DNA of 24,478 nucleotides, taken from positions 1-24,478 of the forward strand of contig JBDLKA010000050.1 of assembly GCA_039714075.1 (NCBI GenBank), written 5' to 3'. Under the pieces are notes generated by a model. That model did not search any database. It was given only the letters and a program-made list of their open reading frames with translations, and was not told the origin of the DNA. Positions 16,641-24,478 of the stretch are shown here, piece after piece. How positions within the stretch are numbered: the stretch's first letter is position 1; every line of letters starts with the position of its first letter. Position numbers and translations under genes: made by a program. Source of the DNA: Candidatus Krumholzibacteriota bacterium (GTDB lineage Bacteria; Krumholzibacteriota; Krumholzibacteriia; LZORAL124-64-63).

Positions 16641-19600
16641 ATGTCCAACTCATCACCCCGGGAACGTGATCCCCTTTATCCGGACCTGGCGAGCAAATTC
16701 CACGATGCCCATTCCGAGGAGCTGATCAGCAGCTTCTGGAAAAAGGACGACACCTTCCGGCGCAGCATCGCCCAGCGTGAAGGGGCGCCAGAGTGGGTCT
16801 TCTACGAGGGCCCCCCGACGGCCAACGGCCTGCCCGGGGTGCACCATGTCATGGCCCGGTTGAGCAAGGACGTCATGTGCCGGTTCAAGACCATGACCGG
16901 GCACAAGGTCATCCGCAAGGCGGGCTGGGACACCCACGGACTGCCGGTCGAACGCTCGGTGGAAAAACAGCTGGGCATCCAGGGGGCGCAGGCCATCCAG
17001 GAGCTGGGGTTGGTGCCCTTCAACGAGAAGTGCCGGGAAAGCGTCTGGTCCTGCAAGAACGACTGGGACGAATTCACCGAACGGCTGGGCTACTGGGTCG
17101 ATCTGGACGATCCCTACATCACCTACGACAACAAGTACATCGAGACCGTCTGGTGGATCCTGAGCCGGTTCCACGCCGAGGACATGCTCTACAAGGGACA
17201 CAAGGTGGTGCCCTACTGTCCGGTTTGCGCCACCCCGATTTCCAGCCACGAAATGGCCAACAGCTACCGCACGGTCAACGACCCGAGCATCTTCGTCAAA
17301 CTGAAGGCCGTTGGTGCGGACGGAGACGCGGATGAATTCTTCCTGACCTGGACCACGACCCCCTGGACCCTGCCTTCGAACGTGGCTTTGGCCGTCGGCA
17401 CCGACTTCGACTATGTGCGGGTGCGCCACGGCGATGAGGTGCTGATCCTGGCCGAAGCCCGGCTGGGCGTGCTGGACCCCGAAGTGCCGACCGAGGTGCT
17501 GGAAAAATTCAAGGGCGCCGACCTTCTCGGCCGTTCCTACGAACAGCTGTTGCCCTTCGTGTCCCCCGGGGAAGAGCGGGCTTTCGTGGTGGTCGAAGCC
17601 GATTTCGTGACCCTGGATTCGGGTACCGGCATCGTCCACATGGCGCCGGCTTTCGGCGAGGACGACTACCAGATCGGCAGGATGGAGAAACTGGCCTTTT
17701 TCAAGCCGGTGGACGCCAACGGCCAGTTCACCGACGAGGTCGAACCCTGGGCGGGTCTGAACGTCAAGAAGGCCGACCGGCAGATCATCAAGCACCTTCA
17801 GGCCGAGGGCAAGCTGCTGCGCGAGGAAACCTACAGCCACGACTATCCCTACCATGACCGCTGCGACAACCCGCTGATCTATTTCGCCACGCCCAGCTGG
17901 TTCATCAAGACCAGCAGCATGCGCGACCAGCTGGTCGAGGCCAACAAGCAGATCACCTGGGCGCCGCCCGAGGTCGGCAGCGGCCGGTTCGGCAACTGGC
18001 TGGCCGGCAACATCGACTGGAGCCTGAGCCGCAACCGTTTCTGGGGCACGCCCCTGAACATCTGGATCTGCGACGACTGCGGACACCAGCATCTGCCCGC
18101 TTGCCGGGCCGACCTGAGCGAACTGACGGGCACCGACCATTCCGAACTGGACCTGCACCGGCCGCACGTCGACGAAATCAATTTCTCCTGTACCTCCGGG
18201 GACTGCTCCGGAGTTATGCGCCGCACCCCCGAGGTCATCGACGCCTGGTTCGATTCCGGCAGCATGCCCTTCGCCCAGTACCACTATCCCTTCGAGAACG
18301 AAGAGATTTTCGAGCGCCAGTTCCCGGCCGACTTCATCAGCGAGGGCATCGACCAGACGCGAGGCTGGTTCTACACCATGCTGGTGATCGGCACCTTCCT
18401 GAAGGGGAAGAGCAGTTACAAGAGCTGTCTGGTGAACGAGCTGATCCTGGACAATAAGGGCAAGAAGATGTCCAAGAGCCGGGGGAACACGGTGGATCCC
18501 ATGGACATCATGCGGACCGAAGGCGCCGATCCGCTGCGCTGGTACATGGTCACCTGCAGCCCGGTGTGGACGCCGACCCGCTTCGACCGCGATGGGGTGA
18601 AGGAGGCCCAGCGGAAACTGCTGGCCACCCTGGAAAACACCTACAACTTCTTCACCCTCTACGCCAACCTCGACGGGTTCACGCCCGCGGACGGCGGCGA
18701 GGTGGCGCTGGACCATCTGGACCGCTGGATCCTCAGCCGCCTGCAAAGCGTGACCCGGTCGGTGACCGCCGACCTCGAGGCCCTGCACCTGACCCGGGCC
18801 GCCAAGACCATCGGCACGTTTTTCCTGGACGACGTCAGCAACTGGTACCTGAGGCTCAGCCGCCGGCGCTTCTGGAAGGGCGACATGACGCCGGACAAGC
18901 GGGCCGGTTTCACCACCCTGCACACCGTTCTGGAGTCCAGCCTGCGTTTGCTGGCGCCCTTCATACCTTTCGTGGCCGAGGAAATCCACCAGGGATTGAC
19001 CGCCCACGTTGATCCCGGTGGTTCGGTCCATCTCCAGGATTTCCCGACCGCCGACGCCGCCATGATCGACGAGGGACTGGAAAAATCCATGGCGGCCGCC
19101 CAGGCCGTGGTCGGTCTGGGACGCAGTCTGCGCCAGGAAGCGGGTCTGAAAACCCGCCAGCCCCTGGGCCGGCTGGTCATGCACGCCAACGACGATCGCG
19201 TCGCCCTGCTCAAGGCCGATGAACTTCTGACCGGCTACATCGCCGGGGAACTGAACGTCAAGGAAGTCGGGACGGTGGCCGATCCCCGCGAAGTGGCCAC
19301 GCTTTCGGCCAAGGCCAATTTCCGCGCCCTGGGGCCGCGTTTCGGCAAGCGGTCGCCCCTGGCGGCCAAGCGGATCACGGCCATGACCCCGGACGAGATC
19401 ATGGAACTGCGGGCCGCCGGCCGGGTTACGCTTGATTTCGAGGGGGAGGACGTCGAATTCACCTTCGACGAGATCATGATCGCCGAAGAGGGTGTGGGGG
19501 CCTTCGTGGCCACGGGGGACCAGGGCCTGACCGTGGCTCTGGACACGACCCTGACCGGGGATCTGCTCCAGGAAGGGCTGGCGCGGGAGATCATCAACAA

Positions 19601-19820
19601 GGTCCAGAATCTGCGCAAGAAAAGCGGTCTGGAAGTTTCCGATCGCATCGAATTGGCCGTTACGGGGTCTGAGAGCGTTTTGGCGGCCATTTCGCGGTTT
19701 GCCGACAGGATTACCACCGAGACGCTCGCAGTGGACGTTGCTTCTGACCGGGATTTGGCTTATAAAGACACATTCAAGATAGACGACAATGAAATCGGTA
19801 TCGCCCTGGATCGGGTCTGA
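16641..19820 (+). CDS. ileS: Isoleucyl-tRNA synthetase, type 2 (IleRS2)
   Basis: FYEGPPTANGLPGVHH, GWDTHGLPVE, WTTTPWTLPSN, GTGIVHMAPAFGEDD, DWSLSRNRFWGTP, EGIDQTRGWFY, KMSKS (18465-18479). IleRS2-type C-terminus (EGLAREIINKVQNLRK..GLEVSDRI) with no terminal zinc finger. Confidence 0.97.
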   Translation: MSNSSPRERDPLYPDLASKFHDAHSEELISSFWKKDDTFRRSIAQREGAPEWVFYEGPPTANGLPGVHHVMARLSKDVMCRFKTMTGHKVIRKAGWDTHGLPVERSVEKQLGIQGAQAIQELGLVPFNEKCRESVWSCKNDWDEFTERLGYWVDLDDPYITYDNKYIETVWWILSRFHAEDMLYKGHKVVPYCPVCATPISSHEMANSYRTVNDPSIFVKLKAVGADGDADEFFLTWTTTPWTLPSNVALAVGTDFDYVRVRHGDEVLILAEARLGVLDPEVPTEVLEKFKGADLLGRSYEQLLPFVSPGEERAFVVVEADFVTLDSGTGIVHMAPAFGEDDYQIGRMEKLAFFKPVDANGQFTDEVEPWAGLNVKKADRQIIKHLQAEGKLLREETYSHDYPYHDRCDNPLIYFATPSWFIKTSSMRDQLVEANKQITWAPPEVGSGRFGNWLAGNIDWSLSRNRFWGTPLNIWICDDCGHQHLPACRADLSELTGTDHSELDLHRPHVDEINFSCTSGDCSGVMRRTPEVIDAWFDSGSMPFAQYHYPFENEEIFERQFPADFISEGIDQTRGWFYTMLVIGTFLKGKSSYKSCLVNELILDNKGKKMSKSRGNTVDPMDIMRTEGADPLRWYMVTCSPVWTPTRFDRDGVKEAQRKLLATLENTYNFFTLYANLDGFTPADGGEVALDHLDRWILSRLQSVTRSVTADLEALHLTRAAKTIGTFFLDDVSNWYLRLSRRRFWKGDMTPDKRAGFTTLHTVLESSLRLLAPFIPFVAEEIHQGLTAHVDPGGSVHLQDFPTADAAMIDEGLEKSMAAAQAVVGLGRSLRQEAGLKTRQPLGRLVMHANDDRVALLKADELLTGYIAGELNVKEVGTVADPREVATLSAKANFRALGPRFGKRSPLAAKRITAMTPDEIMELRAAGRVTLDFEGEDVEFTFDEIMIAEEGVGAFVATGDQGLTVALDTTLTGDLLQEGLAREIINKVQNLRKKSGLEVSDRIELAVTGSESVLAAISRFADRITTETLAVDVASDRDLAYKDTFKIDDNEIGIALDRV

Positions 19821-19841
19821 TACCATGCGGGGAGGGATCCC

Positions 19842-20219
19842 ATGCGGAAAACGGAGCTGCAGAGATTCAGAAAAATGCTTACCGAGGAAAAAAACCGGGT
19901 AATGCAGTCTCTGGCCCAGCACGAAAAAATCATTAAACATACCGATGACCAGTCCGGTCTCGAGATGGGCAAGGCCCACTCGAATCACATGGCCGATCAG
20001 GGGTCGGATGAGTTCCAATACGAGACGACCATCAAGTTCGCCAACACCGAGGGCCGTTACCTCTACAACATCGAAGAGGCCCTCGGGCGGATCGAAGACG
20101 GCTCCTACGGGAAATGCCAGGAATGCAACAAGGCTATCGGTGTGGCCCGCCTCAAGCGTTTGCCCTACACCCGCATGTGTATCGACTGCAAGGAGAAGGA
20201 GGAGGCGGGAAACCTCTGA
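19842..20219 (+). CDS. DksA/TraR family C4 zinc-finger protein
   Basis: Coiled coil with HMADQGSD tip, then ALGRIEDGSYGKCQEC...RLKRLPYTRMCIDCKE. GGAGG RBS. Confidence 0.92.
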   Translation: MRKTELQRFRKMLTEEKNRVMQSLAQHEKIIKHTDDQSGLEMGKAHSNHMADQGSDEFQYETTIKFANTEGRYLYNIEEALGRIEDGSYGKCQECNKAIGVARLKRLPYTRMCIDCKEKEEAGNL

Positions 20220-20698
20220 TGCTCAGCCGAATCTGCAAGCCTTGGGTGTGGGCTCCTCTCGTTCTCGTTCTCGATTTCACCTCCAAGAGGGCCGTCTTGG
20301 CCAACGAAACCGCCCTGCGGGCCAAAATATCCGTCATCGGCGATTTCCTCCGCTTCATCTACGTCCGTAATCCCGGATCGGCCATGGGGTTGTTCCCGGT
20401 GGGCCGATTTGTCCTGGTGGGCATCAGTGTCATGGCATCCCTGTTTCTCGTTTACCTGTACCGCACCACCGATGCCCGGCTGAAGGTGCGCCGCGGGGCC
20501 ATGGCGGCCATTCTGGGCGGGGCGGTCGGAAACCTGATCGACCGGGTCTTTTACGGCGGCCATGTGGTGGATTTCATCGATGTGGGCATCGGCACCCACC
20601 GGTTCTACACCTTCAACGTCGCGGACATGGGTGTGACCGTGGGGGGCACCCTGCTTTTTCTCTGCATCCTTCTGGACGGGCGACGTTCCCATGACTGA
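20219..20698 (+). CDS. lspA: Lipoprotein signal peptidase II
   Basis: VRNPGSAMG, GGAVGNLIDR, VVDFID, FNVAD catalytic motifs. TGATG overlap with the upstream gene. Confidence 0.95.
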   Translation: MLSRICKPWVWAPLVLVLDFTSKRAVLANETALRAKISVIGDFLRFIYVRNPGSAMGLFPVGRFVLVGISVMASLFLVYLYRTTDARLKVRRGAMAAILGGAVGNLIDRVFYGGHVVDFIDVGIGTHRFYTFNVADMGVTVGGTLLFLCILLDGRRSHD

Positions 20699-21668
20699 CA
20701 AGGAAAAGGCCGAGCGGACATTCACCGTGGAGCCTGACGACGCCGGGCAGCGCCTGGACAGTTTCCTGGTGGACCGCTGCCCCGATATTTCCCGCAACCG
20801 CATCCACGCCGACATGAAGGAAGAGCGGGTCCGGGTGGACGGCCGTTCGCGCCCCAAGGGCTACCGCCTGCGGGACGGCAACAAGGTCGTTTTCCAGCCG
20901 GGAACCAAACCGGAAATGGAAGCGGTGCCCCAGGATATCCCCCTGGACATTATTCATGAAGACGACCACCTCCTGGTGGTCGACAAATCCGTCGGCATGG
21001 TGGTCCATCCGGCCGTGGGCCACGCGGACGGCACCCTGGTCAACGCCCTGCTGCACCACTGCAAAAACCTGTCCGCGGGAGGCGATCCCCTGCGCCCGGG
21101 AATCGTCCACCGTCTGGACCGGGACACTTCGGGGCTGATGGCGGTCGCCCTGACCGACACGGCCCACCGCCATCTGGCCGCTCAATTGATGGACCGGCGC
21201 ATGGGGCGGACCTATCTGGCGCTGTCCTGGGGACGTTGGAAAGAGGACGAGGGCACCCTGACCGGTGATATCGGACGGCATCCCCGTTTTCGCCAGAAAA
21301 TGGCCGTGGTGGCCAGCGGCGGCAAATCCGCGGTAACCAGGTACCGGGTGCTGGAGGATTTCGGCTTTGTCCAGCTATGCGAAGTGCAGCTGGAAACAGG
21401 CCGCACCCATCAAATCAGGGTTCATTTCGCCCATAACGGCCATCCCGTCGTGGGCGACCGGATGTACGGGGACGACCAGCGCGCCCGCGGCATCCACACG
21501 CTGGACCGTCGCCTGGCCGACCGCATGGTGAAGGCCGCCCGGCGGCAGCTGCTCCATGCGATGGAATTGAAGCTGGTCCATCCGGCCACTTCCGAACCTC
21601 TTGAATTCCGGGCCGATGTTCCACCGGACATGACCGATGTCCTGGCCATGCTCCGGGAGAAACCCTGA
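20691..21668 (+). CDS. rluD: RluA/RluD family 23S rRNA pseudouridine synthase with S4 domain
   Basis: QRLDSFL S4 start, VVDKSVGMVVHP, RPGIVHRLDRDTSGL, LETGRTHQIRVH, GHPVVGD..YG, QLLHA. Confidence 0.93.
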   Translation: MTDKEKAERTFTVEPDDAGQRLDSFLVDRCPDISRNRIHADMKEERVRVDGRSRPKGYRLRDGNKVVFQPGTKPEMEAVPQDIPLDIIHEDDHLLVVDKSVGMVVHPAVGHADGTLVNALLHHCKNLSAGGDPLRPGIVHRLDRDTSGLMAVALTDTAHRHLAAQLMDRRMGRTYLALSWGRWKEDEGTLTGDIGRHPRFRQKMAVVASGGKSAVTRYRVLEDFGFVQLCEVQLETGRTHQIRVHFAHNGHPVVGDRMYGDDQRARGIHTLDRRLADRMVKAARRQLLHAMELKLVHPATSEPLEFRADVPPDMTDVLAMLREKP

Positions 21669-21696
21669 TCATGGTAATTGCGGCGTATTCCAATTG

Positions 21697-21725
21697 TGGA
21701 CAGAAAGGACCCTGTGTTCTATGCT
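21697..21725 (+). promoter_or_regulatory. Putative sigma70 promoter for the STAS/anti-sigma/ruvX/mltG genes
   Basis: TGGACA (21697-21702), 17-bp spacer, TATGCT (21720-21725) in the rluD-STAS intergenic region. Confidence 0.55.
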
Positions 21726-21806
21726 GGTGCGGTTGAATAATCCTAACGACCGGCCGGGTCGGGGTTCCCGGCGGTTTGGTCCCACTCCTTCAAAGGGTGA
21801 AAGTGC

Positions 21807-22145
21807 GTGAAACTCAAGGAACGCAAGCGGGATGGCGTGGCCATCCTGGAGATGAGCGGCAAGCTCATGGGAGGCCCTGATTCCGAGACCTTCGATGAGA
21901 CCCTCAAGACCCTCATTCACGAGGGTTGCCATAACGTCATCGTCAGTATGGAACGCGTTAAATGGGTCAACAGTACGGGACTGGGAATCCTCATCTCCGG
22001 GTATACGACTCTCAAGAAAAGCGGGGGAGAGCTGAAACTCCTCAAGGTATCGGATCGTATCGAAAATATCTTTATCGTCTCGAAGCTTTACACTGTTTTC
22101 GAATCATTTCAGGACGAAGACGAAGCCGTTCAGAGTTTTTCCTGA
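21807..22145 (+). CDS. STAS-domain anti-sigma factor antagonist (RsbV/SpoIIAA family)
   Basis: 112 aa, GTG start. VIVSMERVKWVNSTGLGILI carries the conserved phosphorylatable Ser; also GGELKLL and FESFQDEDEAV. Confidence 0.92.
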   Translation: MKLKERKRDGVAILEMSGKLMGGPDSETFDETLKTLIHEGCHNVIVSMERVKWVNSTGLGILISGYTTLKKSGGELKLLKVSDRIENIFIVSKLYTVFESFQDEDEAVQSFS

Positions 22146-22182
22146 TGGATCATGAAAGCCAGTGCAGGCAGGTGAATTGACC

Positions 22183-22602
22183 GTGTCGTCCAAAATCGAG
22201 TTACATCTGCCCAGCAATATGGAATATCTCGGCGTGCCCGATGCGGTTCTCATGGAAATCGGCAGCGATATGGATTGTTCCAAGAACGATCTGGAGGAAC
22301 TCGGCACTTCGGTGATCGAGGCCTGCACCAACGCCATGGAGCACGGCAACCAGCTGGACGACGTGCTGTCCATCCAGGTGATCTTCGAGGTAGAGGGCAA
22401 CGAAATCACCATCACGGTCCTGGACAAGGGACCGGGGTTCGATTTCGAACACTGGACACCGTCGGACGAACTGATGCGCCAGCGCGGGCGAGGCATCCTC
22501 ATCATGCGCGAATTCACCGATTCCCTCGAGTTCGCCCGCCACGACGACGGCCGTTTCATGATCCGCATGGTCAAGAAACTAAAACCTTCCGAAGACGACT
22601 GA
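22183..22602 (+). CDS. Anti-sigma factor / Ser kinase (RsbW/SpoIIAB, HATPase_c family)
   Basis: N box EACTNAMEHGN, G1 box VLDKGPGFD, G2 box RGRGILIMREFTD. Adjacent to the STAS gene; start approximate. Confidence 0.9.
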   Translation: MSSKIELHLPSNMEYLGVPDAVLMEIGSDMDCSKNDLEELGTSVIEACTNAMEHGNQLDDVLSIQVIFEVEGNEITITVLDKGPGFDFEHWTPSDELMRQRGRGILIMREFTDSLEFARHDDGRFMIRMVKKLKPSEDD

Positions 22603-22606
22603 TCCG

Positions 22607-23041
22607 ATGCCCTGTTATCTGGGACTCGATTACGGCCAGCGCAGGACCGGGATAGCCGCCAGTGATCCGGACGGCACCCTGGCCTTCGCCGTGGGAACCC
22701 ATGTCGAGGGGCGCGATGCCTCCATCCTCTCGTATCTGAAATCACTGATTTCCGACCGGGAAGTGACCGTATTGGTGCTGGGACTTCCCCTGACGGCCGA
22801 CGGCAGGGAAGAAGCCATGGCCCGCCGGGTGCGAAAATTCGCCCAGCGTCTGTTACAGGAATTCGAGGTCGAGGTGGTTCTCTGGGATGAAAGGTATTCC
22901 AGCGCCGAAGCGGATCGCTGGCTCGATCTGCGGCGCCGCCCCGGCAAGGAAGACAGGGACGCCCTGGCGGCGCAGATCATTCTCCAGTCCTTCCTGGACA
23001 GTCCGGTGAAGGACGAGGTCCCGCGGGAGGAGCCGTCGTGA
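22607..23041 (+). CDS. ruvX: RuvX/YqgF pre-16S rRNA nuclease
   Basis: YLGLDYGQRRTGIAASD, LVLGLP, WDERYSS, DALAAQIILQSFLD. Confidence 0.94.
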   Translation: MPCYLGLDYGQRRTGIAASDPDGTLAFAVGTHVEGRDASILSYLKSLISDREVTVLVLGLPLTADGREEAMARRVRKFAQRLLQEFEVEVVLWDERYSSAEADRWLDLRRRPGKEDRDALAAQIILQSFLDSPVKDEVPREEPS

Positions 23042-24159
23042 TAAAACGCTTCGTCGTGGTGGCCGCCATCGCTGTTCTGCTCGGAGTGCTTGCCGTGTCG
23101 TGGGCCTGGCGTCTGTGGACGGGACCGGGGCCGGCCGCCACTTCGGACGGGCAGGCCACCACGCTGGTCCGCATAACCAACGGGATGACCCTGACCACGG
23201 CGGCCGATACCCTGGTTTCCCACGGCGTGTTGAAACAGGCCAAGGTCCTGCTCGCGGGGGCCCGGTTGACGGGGAAGGGAAGATCCCTGCGGGCCGGCCT
23301 CTACAAACTGACCTACGGGGTCTCGCCCCGGGACCTGTTGCAGATCCTGACCACGGGTTCGGCCGTCCAGATCAGGGTTACACTTCCCGAAGGCCTGGCC
23401 GCCGAAGAGATGGCCGTGATCCTTGCCGCGGCCCTGGGATTCGGCTCGGACGATTTCCTGGCCGCCGCCGATTCGGTTGTGATGGCCGCGGCCGGGGAGG
23501 GTGGCCTGCTGCCGGGAGATGCCCGGGCTGTCGCGGGCCATGATTCCCTGCTATCCGCGGAATCGAACCGCCATCCCCGCCTGTTCCGGTGGTGCGAGGG
23601 ACATCTGGCACCGGACACTTTTCATTTTTCCGAGGGAACGTCCGCCGCGGTGGCCGCGGGCTTTTTGGTGAAGGCCCAGTGGGCCCGCCTCGATTCGGTC
23701 CTGGACGCCTCGGCGGGGACGGACGGCCCCGATTTTTCCAGGCAGGAACTCCTGACCCTGGCCTCCATCGTCGAGGCCGAGGCCCGGCGTGAAGACGAGC
23801 GCCGCCTGATTGCCGCCGTCTATGTGAACCGGCTGCGTCGGGGCCGAAGGTTGGAGGCCGATCCGACCGTGGCCTATATCCTGCGCAAAAAAGGCAAGCG
23901 TCTGTTCTACCGCGATCTTGAAGTGGAATCCCCCTTCAATACCTACCGCAACGGGGGGCTGCCTCCGGGGCCCATCGGCAATCCGGGACTGGCCGCACTG
24001 GAGGCGGCGGCCCGTCCGGATCCCACCTGCAGCGCCATGTATTTCGTGTCCGACGGCGAGGGCGGGCACGTTTTTTCCCGCACGGCCGCCGAGCATCAGG
24101 CCGCCGTGCGGGAATTCCGGCGGATCAGAGCCGAAAACCGTAACAACCGGAATAATTGA
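23038..24159 (+). CDS. mltG: Endolytic peptidoglycan transglycosylase MltG (YceG)
   Basis: N-terminal TM anchor, LRAGLY, VTLPEG, LTLASIVEAE, LEADPTVAY, SPFNTY..GLPPGPIGNPG, MYFVS, HVFSRT. Confidence 0.95.
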   Translation: MIKRFVVVAAIAVLLGVLAVSWAWRLWTGPGPAATSDGQATTLVRITNGMTLTTAADTLVSHGVLKQAKVLLAGARLTGKGRSLRAGLYKLTYGVSPRDLLQILTTGSAVQIRVTLPEGLAAEEMAVILAAALGFGSDDFLAAADSVVMAAAGEGGLLPGDARAVAGHDSLLSAESNRHPRLFRWCEGHLAPDTFHFSEGTSAAVAAGFLVKAQWARLDSVLDASAGTDGPDFSRQELLTLASIVEAEARREDERRLIAAVYVNRLRRGRRLEADPTVAYILRKKGKRLFYRDLEVESPFNTYRNGGLPPGPIGNPGLAALEAAARPDPTCSAMYFVSDGEGGHVFSRTAAEHQAAVREFRRIRAENRNNRNN

Positions 24160-24184
24160 CGGAACCGGTCACCCGCTATATTGT
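24156..24184 (+). promoter_or_regulatory. Putative sigma70 promoter for the small ORF and tRNA-Val, overlapping the mltG stop codon
   Basis: TTGACG (24156-24161), 17-bp spacer, TATTGT (24179-24184). Confidence 0.6.
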
Positions 24185-24234
24185 TCCGTACGAGGCGATC
24201 AAGCGGGACCTGGGCATTCAGTGAGGACGACATC

Positions 24235-24411
24235 ATGGATCTGATGAAAAAATTCTGGTTGCTGTGGGCCGCCCTGGGGGCCGTTGTCCTGGGATTTGTC
24301 ACTCTGTCGGCCGGAATGTTGACCATCGGCCCGGTTCTGCTGGTTCTCGGTTATTGTATTTTGCTGCCGTTTTTCCTGTGGCGATCGTTTCAGGAAAGTG
24401 TGGGCGAATAG
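24235..24411 (+). CDS. Small two-TM membrane protein (58 aa), possibly DUF3098-like
   Basis: GAGGA RBS then ATG. Sequence MDLMKKFWLLWAALGAVVLGFVTLSAGMLTIGPVLLVLGYCILLPFFLWRSFQESVGE has two hydrophobic helices. The 'P.LLVLGY' motif resembles DUF3098 from memory (unverified). Confidence 0.7.
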   Translation: MDLMKKFWLLWAALGAVVLGFVTLSAGMLTIGPVLLVLGYCILLPFFLWRSFQESVGE

Positions 24412-24478
24412 TTCAGTTGGCTAGAGCGCCTGCTTTACACGCAGGAAGTCACAGGTTCGAGTCCTGTTTCGCCCACCA
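24402..24478 (+). tRNA. tRNA-Val (anticodon UAC), CCA encoded
   Basis: Cloverleaf: GGGCGAA/TTCGCCC acceptor, GTTC/GAGC D-stem, CCTGC-TT TAC AC-GCAGG anticodon arm, ACAGG-TTCGAGT-CCTGT T-arm, ACCA end; 77 nt. Confidence 0.98.

Noticed and set aside
16653..20018. 1121-aa antisense ORF opposite ileS (similar shadows lie opposite kbl, pnp, divIVA and the znu genes)
   Set aside because: Same antisense-shadow artefact; the sense genes carry all the family motifs.
1..24478. CRISPR arrays, IS elements, toxin-antitoxin or defence genes
   Set aside because: No regularly spaced direct repeats or transposase, nuclease or defence motifs were seen; nearly all coding space is assigned to known families.

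Overview
GC-rich bacterial chromosomal segment made mostly of housekeeping genes. The secreted protein ending in a 'PNPFNP' FlgD-Ig domain and the yggS-yggT-divIVA-pnp-ileS-dksA-lspA-rluD order suggest an FCB-affiliated lineage such as Krumholzibacteriota/Latescibacterota (inference). In order: a 5'-truncated beta-propeller repeat protein; tmRNA (ssrA) with a ~50-bp inverted copy of its own 3' end and flank just downstream; proC; a secreted LVIVD-repeat/FlgD-Ig protein; a znuACB-like metal ABC transporter; fba and kbl; a stand-alone spd/mitochondrial-EFG1-type fusA followed by a small RecA/KaiC-fold ATPase; yggS, yggT, divIVA, purine nucleoside phosphorylase, type-2 ileS (GVHH motif), dksA-like, lspA, rluD; an anti-anti-sigma/anti-sigma pair with no sigma gene beside it; ruvX, mltG; a 58-aa membrane protein whose stop codon lies inside tRNA-Val(UAC); and the tRNA, which ends exactly at the window edge. 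No integrase, transposase, CRISPR or defence genes were seen. The most unusual signals are the tmRNA 3'-end inverted duplication, the ORF/tRNA overlap (RNase P cleavage would give a non-stop mRNA), the EF-G1 + ATPase pair, and an AT-rich palindrome inside fusA. All calls are by eye; no searches were run.
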